Positions 25,084 to 37,450 of a stretch of DNA of 64,000 nt are shown here, one piece after another. A program made the translations under genes and the position numbers. The notes beneath the pieces were generated by a model. It saw only the letters and a program-made list of their open reading frames with translations. It had not been told where the DNA came from and did not search any database. Each line of letters starts with the position of its first letter. Position 1 is the stretch's first letter. This DNA comes from Eledone cirrhosa (lineage: Eukaryota), in contig OZ024752.1 of assembly GCA_964016885.1 (NCBI GenBank), positions 27,900,001-27,964,000 on the forward strand. The letters are read 5' to 3'.

Positions 25084-25199
25084 GATTCCATGGCAGAAAC
25101 AACATGGACATGGCCAGAATTGACTTCATCTCAGACTGTTTCTACGATATTTTGGATGATTACATGAGAATGTACCAGGATAGCAACTGGAGAATGAGG
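25084..25199 (+). CDS. S-crystallin A exon 3 ([39 protein letters not shown])
   Basis: Acceptor ccgttgcag, donor gtttgt; 116 nt; same length as the paralogous exon 52411-52526. Confidence 0.93.
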
Positions 25200-26427
25200 G
25201 TTTGTATATCTCAGATATAATCATACAGAGAAATAAATGCAAGATTGTTGTTTATTACTAAAGAATAATATATCTGTATTATATTTATATTTGGAACCTA
25301 GCTAATCGTTGTTGATTTAAGTGGGCAGGTGTATGTAAACCATTTCATTCCTCATACGATTAGTTTTAGGCTATAATGTATTAAATGACTAGTGTAATTT
25401 AATTACGGCAAACGTCAGGAAGTTTGTATTTCGTTATTGGGTTTTGAAACGTGAAGTTTCAATCGAGTAGTGGAATCATTCATTTCGATTTTCCTCTCCT
25501 ATAAATGTGTTAGCTTTTTGATTTAATTAAGTTACATTTAACCTTATTCAATCGTTTGGGAATAGAAGAAATGGTTTGCCTTGGGACACATGCTTCAAAT
25601 CCAGGTAGCAATACTCTAACCACGGCTTACCTTTTCTAATCCATAGTATCCTTAAAATCCCTACTGTTCCCCCAGTGAAAAGGCGATTAGGTATAACAAA
25701 ATGTTCATAGTTAAAAGATGTTCAAGGCTTATAAATAATCCAGCCAACAAAATCTATTCATGATTTGCTAATATATTCAAACTTAAACAATTATCTTCAA
25801 TCTTAATAAATATCTTGAAGTTTAATGAAAAAGGTTAATAATTAACAAATGCTGTATGAAAGTCCGCTAACTATATTTACCAGGCCATTCCGCAATAGTT
25901 TAATTTAATATATTAACATATTACAAATAAAAAGAATGCTCATCATACAATGACTCTGTATACAGATATACTATGGAGTTCTAACTGGAAGCTAATTCCA
26001 CATGCATATATACACATATTGTCAGTATCGGTAGAGAGCCGGACGCCTTGCGTTGCAGCATAGAGCTACGCCCTTTTACGCTATGATTTCACATCCCGTG
26101 GAGGTTAACTTTGCCTTTCATCCTTACAGGTTTGATAAAATAAAGTACCAGTAATGCACTGAGATAATTGCTGGCCTTGTGCCAAAAGTAGAAACAATTA
26201 TATGTCTCTCACCTGCACATCTTTAATAGTATATGAATGTAAAGTAAGATATTAAATATATAGCTATCATTGAGATTTGTGACAATAAATTCTGGAGTCA
26301 AATCTATTTCCCGTATAGTGTTAGAATGCTTCCAGCACAAACATGCTTTCTCCCGTTTAATATGAGTTTGTTGTATGGCTGTGTTGACTATTTCCTATTA
26401 CAAATTATTGGTTCATCTTTATTTCAG

Positions 26428-26457
26428 TTCCAGCGATCAGGAGACTTTAAAGTGTCA
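26428..26457 (+). CDS. S-crystallin A exon 4, 30-nt microexon (FQRSGDFKVS), central insert loop
   Basis: Acceptor tttatttcag, donor gtaagt; phase 0/0; 27/30 nt identical to 53363-53392 in gene B. Confidence 0.9.
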
Positions 26458-27076
26458 GTAAGTAACATGATTTTCTATATTGTGTTGTTTTAGCTCCAGG
26501 TTAGCCCACCCAAGCAAACATATATTCAAATTTATCACAGCTTTACTAGCCAGTCTTTTCGTACGATATGCACACACACGCGCGCGCACACAAACACATA
26601 CACACACAAACACGCATATATATATATATATATATATATATGCGTGGGTGTGTGCGCGAGTGCACGATATGTATATGTGCGTATGAAGATATATATAATT
26701 ATTCACACAAGTGCATACACATAAGTAATGTATTTACCAGATTGTTTTAAATGTAAAATAGTTGAGTGAATATACAGTGGAAAAATGAAACTTGTTAGCC
26801 ATTTTAGTTTGGAAGGCTTAAGAATATCTTCCTGGTATCAGTATGAAGAATAAGACATAAATTGAATACTACGTTACGAGAAATGCGACGGTTAAAAGAC
26901 ACTTTAAATTAATTTATATGTGCTATTTTATGGAATAGATTCGATAAAAATATATATGTGATAAGGTGTTAATATATGACATATAATGACATAAAACCAG
27001 TTATGTTTTGTGAATTTGAAATAATGTGTGGTGAAATAGAAAATGTAATGATATATGAACTTGTTGGTTTATAGTG

Positions 27077-27390
27077 AAGGCGTGTGGATTATTGATTCGA
27101 ACAGTGAGCTCACAATCGTATGGTTGTGAGTTTAAATCCCAGATTGGGCAATGAGTTGTGTTCTTGAGCAAAACACTTTATTTCACGTTGCTCCATTTCA
27201 CTCAGCTATAGAACTGGGTTGCAACGTCACTGGTGCCAAGATGCATTTGTCTTTGCTTTTCCTTTGCGCAACATAGGTGGTGTGAACTTCTACAAACACA
27301 CTTTTCCTCGGGATTATTCCTCGAGATTATGCCTCGGAGGGGAACTTCCCAGGTGCAAGACCATGGTCAGTCGTGACCCAGGGGGCCTAC
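27077..27390 (+). mobile_element. tRNA-headed SINE family 2 (CORE-like domain)
   Basis: B-box-like gagtttaaatccc followed by gtgttcttgagcaaaacactttatttcac. Related copies at ~29860-30010 (-), 53550-53767 (-), 39530-39730 (-) and 24030-24125. Confidence 0.7.
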
Positions 27391-27454
27391 AGATTTTATA
27401 TTAGTTTTGAAATCTCTGTTGATAGTATTTAATTGAAATTATTTTTTGTTTCAG

Positions 27455-27562
27455 TCTGAGAATCGTATGAGGTTTGAAGAAACTTGCCGCAGAATTCTCC
27501 CATACATGGAAGAAACTTTGGGCATGTTCAATGGTGGAAACCAATATTTCATGGGAGACCAG
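27455..27562 (+). CDS. S-crystallin A exon 5 ([36 protein letters not shown])
   Basis: Acceptor ttgtttcag, donor gtaatc; 108 nt; lies within ORF 27446..27631. Confidence 0.95.
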
Positions 27563-27781
27563 GTAATCTATTTTATTTCGCTTTCAGTGAATAATCTCTG
27601 TTTGTATTTAGGCATCACCAGTGTTAAATAGTCGATTTAGACGTTTAAGATTTACAATTAGTAATTTTTTAATCAAATTATAATGTGATATAATATATTA
27701 TGCTTCCACATTAAACTATTTCACAATGTGTTTATGTTAAGAATGATAATAATTATTATTGTTATTACCTTTCATTCACAG

Positions 27782-27946
27782 ATGTCCATGGCTGATATGA
27801 TGTGCTACTGCGCTCTTGAGAACCCAATGATGGAAAACTCATCCTTCCTCAGCAGTTATCCAAGACTGATGTCTTTGAGACAGCGTGTAATGAACCACTC
27901 TAAATTGTCTAGCTACTTGCAGAGAAGATGCAGAACCGATTTCTAA
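27782..27946 (+). CDS. S-crystallin A exon 6 ([54 protein letters not shown])
   Basis: Acceptor cattcacag; GST N-capping box S.AD; TAA at 27944-27946. Confidence 0.95.
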   Translation: MSMADMMCYCALENPMMENSSFLSSYPRLMSLRQRVMNHSKLSSYLQRRCRTDF

Positions 27947-28424
27947 AACACCAGAAGGAAACATTACAGTAATAATATAATATAAACAACAAATTAACTT
28001 TATTTCAACTGAGATATGTAACAACAACAAACTGCATACGCCTTGAAACAAGTCCAAGACGAAACAGAGAAGTAAATAACTTAAACACAATGAAGATAAA
28101 TATATATATATAAGAATGTAAAGAACCTTTAAACGCAACGAATTTAAGAGGAGGTATATATTCATGTGAACATATGTGCAACAGTTATTTACCATATTTA
28201 TCATCATTGACACGTATTTATATGTGTTTAAATATCAATGAAAATGTGTCCAACTACGGCATTGTGAAGATTACAAAAATAGCGGAGGACTCTGGCCTAA
28301 AAGCTAAGATACTGTCACATTGCTTGTAAGTATAGGATGGTTGAAAGAAAAGAACGTTGTCACATATACAATGACATATGACCTTTATGAAGATATACAA
28401 AAATACTTCAATAATTATTACTGG

Positions 28425-28430
28425 AATAAA
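28425..28430 (+). terminator. Putative polyadenylation signal AATAAA of gene A
   Basis: About 480 nt after the stop; similar context to AATAAA at 56580 in gene B; followed by a T-rich tract. Confidence 0.5.
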
Positions 28431-28498
28431 AAGCATAATAACTAAATAAGTGTTGTAAATTTTCTTTATAAATAATTTTATTTTCTCTCCATCCCAAC

Positions 28499-28576
<78 letters not shown>

Positions 28577-28759
28577 TGTGTGTCTGTGTAATATGTGTAA
28601 ATATATATATATATAAAATTATTTCTACTTTTGGCACAAGGCCACCAATTACTTAGTACATTACTGGTACATTGTTTTATCGACCCCGTAAGGATGAAAG
28701 GCAAAGTTAACCTCGACGGGATTATATATATATATATAATAATACAAGGACGATTTGTA

Positions 28760-28820
<61 letters not shown>

Positions 28821-29129
28821 CGTCTCTCAATTTGTTTAGCAAGATTCTTTATCTGAAAACGTGTGTTGAAACCGATATTGTTATGCTTTGGGAGGGTCAT
28901 GTTGCCAATAAGAAACACACGCACCAGTTGCTTTCACTTCAACTGAAGAGGTCACAGAATGTGTCACGAAAGAACTTTGACAATATATGAACAATCGTCT
29001 GGTTGTGGAACCAACCAACCAACCGGAAATTTATAAATTGCTAAATTTATAAATTTAATTTATAATAAATTGAAGTGAAAGCAACTGGTGCATGTGTTTC
29101 TTATTGGCAACATGACCCTCCCAAAGCAT

Positions 29130-29184
<55 letters not shown>

Positions 29185-29454
29185 TATAAGCGTGTATGTT
29201 TGCATGTATGTATATCCTAAGAGGCTTAATAAACACACGACTCATTCTATCTCTTCCGATGAAGGACTTAGTTTATGACACCCTCCTTGCTATATCAAGC
29301 ATTGACCTAATATATATCGTAATGGTATTATTTTGTTCTCATGTATTGTTTTCCCTTGTTGAGTTTTCGAATACATACATACATAAATATATACACATTC
29401 ACACATGTATAAATATACATACACACTACCTATATATATGTATATATATATGCT

Positions 29455-29543
<89 letters not shown>

Positions 29544-29639
29544 ATACTTTGTGAGGGTCATGTTGCCAATAACATATAACAATATCGGTTTCAACACACG
29601 ATTTCAGATAAAGAATCTTGCTAAACAAATTCAGAAACG

Positions 29640-29673
<34 letters not shown>

Positions 29674-30489
29674 TCATCATTTCATTTTACGTCCTCTTTT
29701 TCCCAGCTTGCAACAGTGGGACGGGAACTGATTCTGGCTTGATTTCTACAGCCGGATGCCCTTCCTAACACCAACCTCATTTTCAGTGAGTGCTGGGTGC
29801 TTTTTTGCCGTGGCATCTCCCCGACCACTTTGCAGTGGAATGATATGGACCCCAGTCCCTATCATCTCATTTCTACAGCTAAGTTAACTGTAGCAATGTG
29901 AAATAAAGTGTCTTGCTGAAAGAAACAACACATCACCCGGTCTGAGAATTGAACTCACAACCTTTCGATTGCAAGACCAATGCTCTAACCACTAAGCCCT
30001 GTGCCTCCATATATATATCTCTGTGTCTGTGCGTGCGTGCGTGTGTGTGTGTAGAATCAGTTTCATGGTAAAAGCATGATTTACAGGTAAAATCCATATG
30101 ATGGTTTTCAAAACAGATTCTATCACCGCAATGTCGGCCAACACATTTGCCAAAGATGTCACACAGTGGGATCAACCAGGGCCCTTATTATTGTGAAGCG
30201 AACTTTTTAACCAACTGCCCATGCTCCATCTACACTACATCTATAGTAAATATACCTTTTATAATATAAGGTGAACTACAGCCAAAATAGATTGCAACAT
30301 CATGCAATCTAAATTCACGAGTGAAAACTATATTTACTGTACACAACACAGAGGATATATATATGGGAAAATGTTCAAGACCCCGACGGCAGAGCTCAAG
30401 CCGTTTCGACGGCTATTTTCAGAAATAGCCGTGTAAACGGCTTGAGCTCTGCCGTCGGGGTCTTGAACATTTTCCTACCCATATATATA

Positions 30490-31750
30490 TGAAAACAGGG
30501 AGAAAGAGACGATTATTAGGAAGAAAAATTTTTTTTTTCCCTTTTTATATATTTCTCTCTTTTTTCTGGGCTAGAAAATGATTAAAACGAAATGTTTTAC
30601 TTCGTGTGAAGTGTTAAGGTATTAGTTGATTTATTTATTAATTAACAATGGCATTTATTTATCTATTTATATATTTAATAATTGTCTATTACCGGTTTCA
30701 GCATTTTTATGCTTTATCAAATGATAGTGACATGTATTGGTGTAGAATGGTGGTGTTGCACATGTTAAAAAAATGGTGCAGAAAGAATAATGTTATTTAC
30801 AAACAAGGTTTATGAAGTGAAAAGAAAAAAGAAAAAAAGAAAAAAAGGGGGTGTAAATGTAGAACATAAAAAGTCAATGTGAAAGAAAAAATAATGTTAT
30901 TTACAGGCATAGTTCTTGAAGTTAAGCAGATCAAAATGTGTTAATATAGCAAGGGTGATTAGTTGATCCATGATGGAGGCAAATGGTGGACTGGGGTCTG
31001 ATATGATTTCCCTTTTTAGAGAGTTAATATGCAGGGGGAGGCAATACATGCTGGATGATATTTAATTTATTTAAGAAAAAGGATTAGGTAGGGTGTGAGC
31101 GAGGTAACTCTTGTAAATGTTTGATTGTTTGTTCCAGTTTTAGTTTGGTCCAAAGTTTAGTGCATTAAGTAGAGGTTGGAATTTGTTAATGAAATATGTT
31201 TCCTTATTGGTACGATGGATGAAAGTAGCGTTGTCTATGAATTTGTAAATGGGGAAAAATTTTAAAGTTTGGATGTTGGTTGTGCGCACAATTGGCGATA
31301 TGTTCACTAAATGCAATCTTTCTGTATTCCTGTATTTTAATTTGTGATTTATGGACGGTCATACGCTGACGGAGGCTGTCTTTCGTCTGTCCTATGTAGT
31401 GCTATTGACAACCTGAGCAGGTCAAAACATAGATTAGGCTTTCAGATGCACATGTAAAGTTGTGTATAACTATTAAATGTTGTCCTCGTTTAAAATGGAA
31501 TGTTGAACCTTCTATTAGATTTATGCATATGCCACAGTTGCGCCTTCCGCATTTTGTTACTGTAGGTTTCATTGTGAGGGTTTGTTGGATTTTGGCTTGT
31601 GTCAGGATGTTTTTTATGGATTTAGGTTGTCTTCTGCTCTGTATGATGTTGTTTTAATCATTTTCTAACCCAGAAAAAAGAGAGAAAGAAATAAAAAAGG
31701 AAAAAAATGTATTTTTCTTCCTAATAATCGTCTCTTTCTCCTTGTTTTCA
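30490..31750 (-). mobile_element. Penelope-like (Neptune-type) 3' fragment with GIY-YIG, 3' hammerhead and inverted terminal pseudo-LTR
   Basis: Motifs RRQPKSIKNILTQAK, KCGRRNCGIC, FTCASESLIYVLTCSGC.*HYIGQT..LRQRMTVH and RTNKETYFINKFQPLLN; stop at 31140-31142. About 100-bp inverted ends 30490-30588 / 31651-31750, with (TA)n flanks. Confidence 0.88.
30684..30728 (-). ncRNA. Minimal hammerhead, U3-A8 variant, in a Penelope 3' region
   Basis: TTGATAA agcat-aaaa-atgct GAA ACCGGT A; weak stem I. Confidence 0.65.
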
Positions 31751-31943
31751 TATATATATATATATAAACAGAAATTTATGACGGAGAATTTATTTAAAAG
31801 TTGTTTAATCTGAATGGGTTACGCTTGTATGTTCACAGATTGAATTAAGTACGATCTGTATACATATGCACCCATTAATGCAACACAATATATCGTTATA
31901 TGTCTCCTCTGAACTTACGATATATCATTTGTCTCTCTCTCTC

Positions 31944-31995
<52 letters not shown>

Positions 31996-32480
31996 TAAAC
32001 GGAATAGAAAATGCTGACAAATTGTTCACAGTTGAAAAATGGTTTAATTAGGAATAAAAGAGTATTAGTGATTGTATGGGTTAGTATTCAGTTGTGGTTT
32101 TAAGTTTTTAAGTTTTTACCGGTTGCGCATTTCTAAATGCTTTTCAAAAATAATTTTGAGATAGAGTGTCCGTGCTGTTTGCTCTGATCTGATTAGTTTT
32201 GGGAATTCTACCTGTTTTTATGTTAAAAAAGTGGCTCCAGCGTTATTTTTGTGTTGCAAAAATTCTTGTGGTCAAAACAATTTTGATTGGTCGGTAGAGG
32301 TCATGTGAATGTAAAAAGTTGATTTTGCGCCAAGACTGTTTTTATGTTAAAAAAGTGGCTCCAGCAAAAATTCTTGGTCAAAACAATTTTGATTGGTCGG
32401 TAGAGGTCATGTGAATAAAAAATTGGTTTTGCGCCAAGATTGAGAAATGACTCTTTCACAACAAATATGTGTGTGTGTGT

Positions 32481-32556
<76 letters not shown>

Positions 32557-32758
32557 AGTAGTAGTAGTAGTAAGGTGTTCGATGCTGCGACAATGGCCAG
32601 CAGCGATGTGTGTCAAATGGCTATTAAGATAAGTGTGTGTGTGTGTGTGTGTGTGGGTGTGTGTGTGTGTGTATAGCAGAGTGATTCGTGGTGGCAGGGA
32701 TGGTCAGTAAGAATGTGTCTGAAAGCAGTGGGGGGTATTTTAGCATGTCAAAAGATAA

Positions 32759-32804
<46 letters not shown>

Positions 32805-32896
32805 ACCTTAAGACTCTATTCCTACTATAGCGTAAAACTAATAAATGATTTCTTCATTGTACTGTGTAATTTGCTTTGTTATTTTTCTTTGCCTTT

Positions 32897-32991
<95 letters not shown>

Positions 32992-33232
32992 GTATATATA
33001 TATGTATATATATAAATATAAATTCAGCGAGAATCGCATTTCGGCGTGTAGAAAAAGCGAAACGCAAAATTTAGAGCTATGCTGGTAAGCGCTCCATAGT
33101 TAAATGACCAGAGCTAAACAATTTGTTGAAACGCCATACAAACTGAAAACGTGGTCAAGAAAGCATTAACCTCCTAAGCCAAAAAGCTAAGCAGGTCAAA
33201 ACAAAATAAATGATAAAAAAAACAGACCTGCG

Positions 33233-33293
<61 letters not shown>

Positions 33294-33455
33294 CAGAGGA
33301 GAAAAATCAGTTGTTTCAACTATGATATATGCTTAACAGTGGTAGTATGCAAAAGTAATTGGAAAGTGCACATGTCTAAAACAATGAAAGCCAAAGTAAG
33401 ATTTAAATAATAAATTAAATTTTGTTTTTTTTATATTTAATTCTTTCCTTCTCCT

Positions 33456-33812
33456 GTAGTGATTAAACACTGTCAGTTGTCTACCAATTTGTGGAGATGA
33501 CGATTAGATTTATAAAACAACTAATAAGTACTGTAGAAATAATAAAATATGAATAACAAAATATTACAAGACAAAATATAATTCCAATACAAAGAATTAC
33601 GAGAATAGCGGTAGTTCAACTCATACCAGTAAGAACAACATTAATGTTCTTCCAATTCAACGAGAAGAGAAAAGAATAAATTAATTTTAAATACAAAGCA
33701 GGTGATAAGAGAAACATTTATAAGTATTTAAAAGAAAGAAACATCACAAAACGTTTGAATCGATTGATACATGTTTATGTGAACAAATGTGCAACATTTT
33801 ATTTGCAAGATT
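33456..33812 (+). pseudogene. Decayed S-crystallin remnant: end of exon 6 plus 3' UTR
   Basis: cactgtcagttgtctaccaatttgtggagatga..gatttaTAAaacaac aligns with exon 6 cactctaaattgtctagctacttgcagagaaga..gatttcTAAaacacc. gagaatagcggtagtt is shared with the gene B 3' UTR, and gtgaacaaatgtgcaaca with the gene A 3' UTR. In-frame TGA present. Confidence 0.7.
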
Positions 33813-35487
33813 TCCATTGTTAGCATGTCCTTTCGTTTGTTAAAAGCGATAAAATTTATTCTTATGTTACTACTTTGCGCATATTGCGAGAATGAGGTAT
33901 TTTGTATTTCATAGACGTTTGACAGCTGTTAAGTCTAGATTTCGCGATGCCTAACATTCTCGAATAAAATTACATAAGACTCGCCTGTACGAGTGTCAAC
34001 TAAAACGTTAATAGGCTGACTATGAAGGAGTGATGCTAGACCTGTGACATCTTGCATGCATTGATTTCATCTCTTAATTAATAAGTGCAATATTTCTTTC
34101 TAAGGGCCATGTTGAAAAATAAATCTCATTTGGCCATTCCATGAGAGCATCTTGGACAGCCTATGAACCTTTCAACCGACCCTGGCACATAATAATTATT
34201 GTTCCAATAACATTTAGTGCAATTGCTGATACACATTACCTAATTTATCACATCTGCTTTTCTTTCAATACCCATATGTACGAAGATACGAATTTTTACT
34301 TGTTTTTATATACCATGGAAAGGGCTTTGTAAGAATACTGTATATAATTTATACATATTCTGGAATACAATTCCATAGACCAATTTGTTTGATAAGTGCA
34401 GTCGAATAGTTGATATGCGGCTACGTGTTAGTTACTTTGTTGCTCTAACCTGTGATGATAAGTTCCGTGGAGAAGGCTTGTTAATTGGCTAGTAGAATAT
34501 AAAGGTAGGGTATTCCTATAAAAGATAGGTAAGGTATTGTTTCATAAATTTTAAAAAGAAATATCGTATATATATATTAATAAATTCACAAACTCACATT
34601 ACCAAGTGGTGTTACACGCACCCATGGTAATGCAACATCGTGCCACACACCATCATACTCAATGCTAACTGGAAGGAATCTACCAACCAAGTACTTCATT
34701 GCAGAATCGGTGGTGTAGTAGCAATGTTAAACAAAATAATTAGGGTTATCAACAAAAATTGATATGACTAACAACCTATCGATCATCAAATACTCTAATA
34801 AAAATATCAACATTATTGATATATCGATAAAATAAAGTACCAGTAATGCACTGGTTAATTACTGGCCTTGTGCCTAAAGTAGAAACAATTATTGATATAT
34901 CCCACAAATTAATTATGGTCACTATCAAAATTAATATAACTAATACCAAACAATCGATTATTGAATCAGTCAATAAAAATATCGATAAATATTGATATAT
35001 ACCCATACCAGTGCCATTTTCACCAAAAGCCGAACTGCTAATAACAGTTACTTAAATAAGTGTATATTCCAGCAGTCAACCTGGAATGGGCATAGGATCT
35101 TCAGTGGGCATTGTCCAGTAAACAACACAAGGAAAAAATAAGACGTTCTTTCAGGTATTCACCATGCTGTAATTCACCAGATCTGCTGTCGTATGTCTGC
35201 CACCAAAATGTTGTCCGAAGCATGCGGGAACTAAGGGAGGTAATTAATTCGCGTCTCAATTTAAGCACTCCACTAGAATTAAGACTAGGAGTAAATATAT
35301 ATATATATATATATTGTTTTTTAAATAAACATACAGTGTATTGTCAAATATACTATACACACATTCATACATACATCACTATTTCAGAGCACTCATACTA
35401 ATTCCTAATTTTTGCTAGACCTGCAACTGCTCTGCTTAATCAGCTCTTAAACATCACTGGAATTCTATAAGGATCCAGCTTCTATAC

Positions 35488-35578
35488 GTCTCGGCAGAAG
35501 CGAAGGGATAAGCAATCTTGATAACCATTAACGAACAAGAAACAGCTGTCGGTTGCTTCCCTTTGTTTTTGCCGAGAC
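35488..35578 (+). ncRNA. Hammerhead, U3-A8 variant, with extended stem I
   Basis: AAGCAATC TTGATAA [poor stem II] GAA ACAGCTGT C GGTTGCTT; distal pairing gtctcggcagaagc/gtttttgccgagac. Confidence 0.7.
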
Positions 35579-35722
35579 TAAGTAAGGGACATAGTCACTA
35601 CTTTAAAACTCATAACAAATGGACTTCAAAATGTTTTTAAATAAACATACAGTGAATTATCATCAAATATACTATACATACATTCATACATACATCGCTA
35701 TTTCAGAGCACTCATACTAATT

Positions 35723-35756
<34 letters not shown>

Positions 35757-35933
35757 AAAATGTATGACCCCGACGGCAGAGCTCAAGCTGTTTCGACGGC
35801 TATTTCTGGACGTCGAAACGGCTTGAGCTCTGCCGTCGGGGTCATACTTTTTCCTATTTCCCACACTACTACCCTAAGTATTGAGTACTGTGGTGCGTTA
35901 TGGTCCATCTGGTTCCTTACCACAATTCCTTTG

Positions 35934-36001
<68 letters not shown>

Positions 36002-36082
36002 TTATATATATATATAGTTTTAATATAGATGAGATTCTACAGGACTAGAACTGTTTCATTCTATAGAAATTATCAGGAATCT

Positions 36083-36131
36083 GATTCCTGATGATTTCTA
36101 AAGAATGAAACAGTTCTAGTCCTGTAGAATC
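36083..36131 (+). ncRNA. Type I hammerhead ribozyme
   Basis: GATTC CTGATGA tttctaaagaat GAA ACAG-ttctagtc-CTGT A GAATC. The inverted copy 36033-36081 has CTGATAA (uncompensated G8A). Confidence 0.78.
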
Positions 36132-36214
36132 TCATCTATATTAAAACTTTTATACTGTGCAATATATTGAGTACCTTACTTACTGTGGTTACCTCCGATT
36201 CAACCCGGAATAAC

Positions 36215-36295
<81 letters not shown>

Positions 36296-36539
36296 ATAGA
36301 CCGGTACAATGAAGTAGGAAAATATATAGGGCAAATGTCAAATAAAACAAAACAAAGTAATGTTTTTCTCACTATATTTCAGTGTTACACCCTCTTTTCA
36401 AATGTGGAATTGAAACAGTTCGAAACAAAACAAATGGTCAATATTTTTTTTTCCTCACACGTAGGCCAGCTGTCAAAGAACACATCGATCGTTTGTTTTC
36501 TTTTTTTACTACATTTAAAATACATTATTCAAAATCAGA

Positions 36540-37450
36540 TATAGGAAGATTATATTGAGCAACGCGTAACTATGCAGAGTAGGGTCGGTCGTCGCTCCGA
36601 TAGGTATTTATAACAACTTATACCTTATAAAGTTAAAAGATGAAAAGAAAATTGAATGTATTTATAACAAATAGATATTAAAATTGGGTTATGAAAATAC
36701 AAGGCAACCATGAAGAGAAAATAATTAGTTAGAAACACTGAAACACTATAGGAACTAATAGGATTAATCAGGAATGCACCTAAAATAATTAGTACATCTA
36801 AGATACCTCACCGAAAATTACCTATAGAAAGATTACATTTTCCACGAACAGAGTAGGGAAGAAATATATTATAAAATAACCTCTGTAGGATTAGATAAGT
36901 AAAGAAGAATAATGGAGGATGGATAAAAAGAGATATGAAGCATGGACAAAATATACAATAAGAAGCCAATAAATACCAAAAAAACTGTATTGACAGATAA
37001 TGGGAAAATTGAAAAACAAGTGGAACAACAGTGGAAATGGCAAAAAACTCAAATCTAAACTAAAGCAATTTTACAGAATTCCATGCTAATACGATGGCAA
37101 GAAAACCTACTGACACTACTTAAAAAAGTTGAATAGGCAAGGGAAATTAGCAACAAGGGCCTCGAAACAGAGGATTCAATCAGGAGATTGATGGAGTTTT
37201 AATTGGAGTACCAAATCAAACATTCCCACACAAGAATCGAGCAACAGTACAAGCTGAAGCAAACCACATTAGATAACTGCAAAATAAGTGAGGATAAGGA
37301 TGAAATGATTAACCACTTTGTCTAGGGCTACACGATCTTAGCCAAGAAAGAATATATTCACAGATATGTGATAGTTGTGCTTTACATATACTGGAATACC
37401 AACAGAAATTAAGTGGTATAAACATGAGAAAAGACGCCGGAGAATGACAA
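36540..37450 (+). mobile_element. Degenerate non-LTR retrotransposon remnant (R4/NeSL-like C-terminal region)
   Basis: HRKLPIERLHFPR...GR and EMINHFV.G..ILAKKEYIHR..V..YIYW resemble the CCHC-knuckle region of RLE LINEs; heavily mutated. Confidence 0.5.
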
